DNA of 34,707 bases from Octopus bimaculoides (taxonomy: Eukaryota). A program made the translations under genes and the position numbers. Within the stretch, counting starts at the first letter, position 1; each line of letters starts with the position of its first letter. The DNA lies in the NCBI RefSeq assembly GCF_001194135.2, contig NC_068990.1, positions 66,088,795 to 66,123,501 on the forward strand, given 5' to 3'. Of this stretch, positions 34,023 through 34,707 are shown piece after piece. The notes under the pieces are model-generated. The model ran no database searches, was not told where the DNA came from, and saw only the letters and a program-made list of their open reading frames with translations.

Positions 34023-34707
34023 TACATCTTAGTTCTTTGACTATGTGATTAATTTATTCTCTTTCTTCTCTGCTTGGAAATATCAACTCCATGGACGTTG
34101 TTATCAATCATTTCTACTTTTTATTTCTTCTCTCTAAAAGAATTTCCTTTTAAGAACTGCATTTTTCGAATGTTATTTTCGGGAAAAGTAAAATAAACGT
34201 ATATTATTTTATAAACAAGTAAATACACGAATTCACAGAATATGTAAAAAGAATTAAAAGCAGCATATATATCTCTGTAACAGTAGACAGCATATGTATG
34301 TTTTAAAAGTAATGATTGTAACATCTACTTGTCAGTGCACACACGAGAACAAACAATAAAAACAAGTAATTTTATTGTGTAATATTCATAGAATAATATA
34401 TAAACATTTGTAATTACCGTGTTTTCGCCATAAAATAAATATCATCTGAGCATTAGACTTGCTTGCATTGTATGTTGCTTTGCATTGTATTATTGATTCA
34501 AAAATAATGGTGAGAAAGGAAACTCTCGATCAAGAGCTTTTCTAGTGTCATTTAATGTCATTTAATTTTGTGTACTTTAATTTAATTAATACATCCTTGT
34601 GTATGTTCTGTTTCGATTTCTAACAGGAAAGATATATTGCAAAACATGAAGAATCTATAAAGTATACTAATGTATACACATACATACATACATACATACA
34701 TACATAT

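Overview
AT-rich, microsatellite-dense eukaryotic DNA with six N gaps. The SINE families and repeat content fit an octopus/cephalopod genome; this is inferred from remembered repeat consensus, not from a search. No intact protein-coding gene is supported, and nearly all track ORFs are microsatellite translations or antisense to decayed transposons. The window is mostly decayed mobile DNA. It has R4/Dong-clade non-LTR retrotransposon pieces in two head-to-tail trains separated by (TAA)n, an L1/Tx1-like RT fragment, Penelope-like GIY-YIG fragments and a minimal type-I hammerhead ribozyme motif. It also has two internally deleted Tc1/mariner elements (one DD37D maT-type, one mariner), tRNA-derived SINEs, two abutting foldback/MITE-like elements (one with a second copy 18 kb away) and a 1.3 kb inverted duplication. 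The only recognisable host-gene sequence is an intronless, disabled pelota (PELO/Dom34) copy at about 32.2-32.8 kb that the ORF track does not show.
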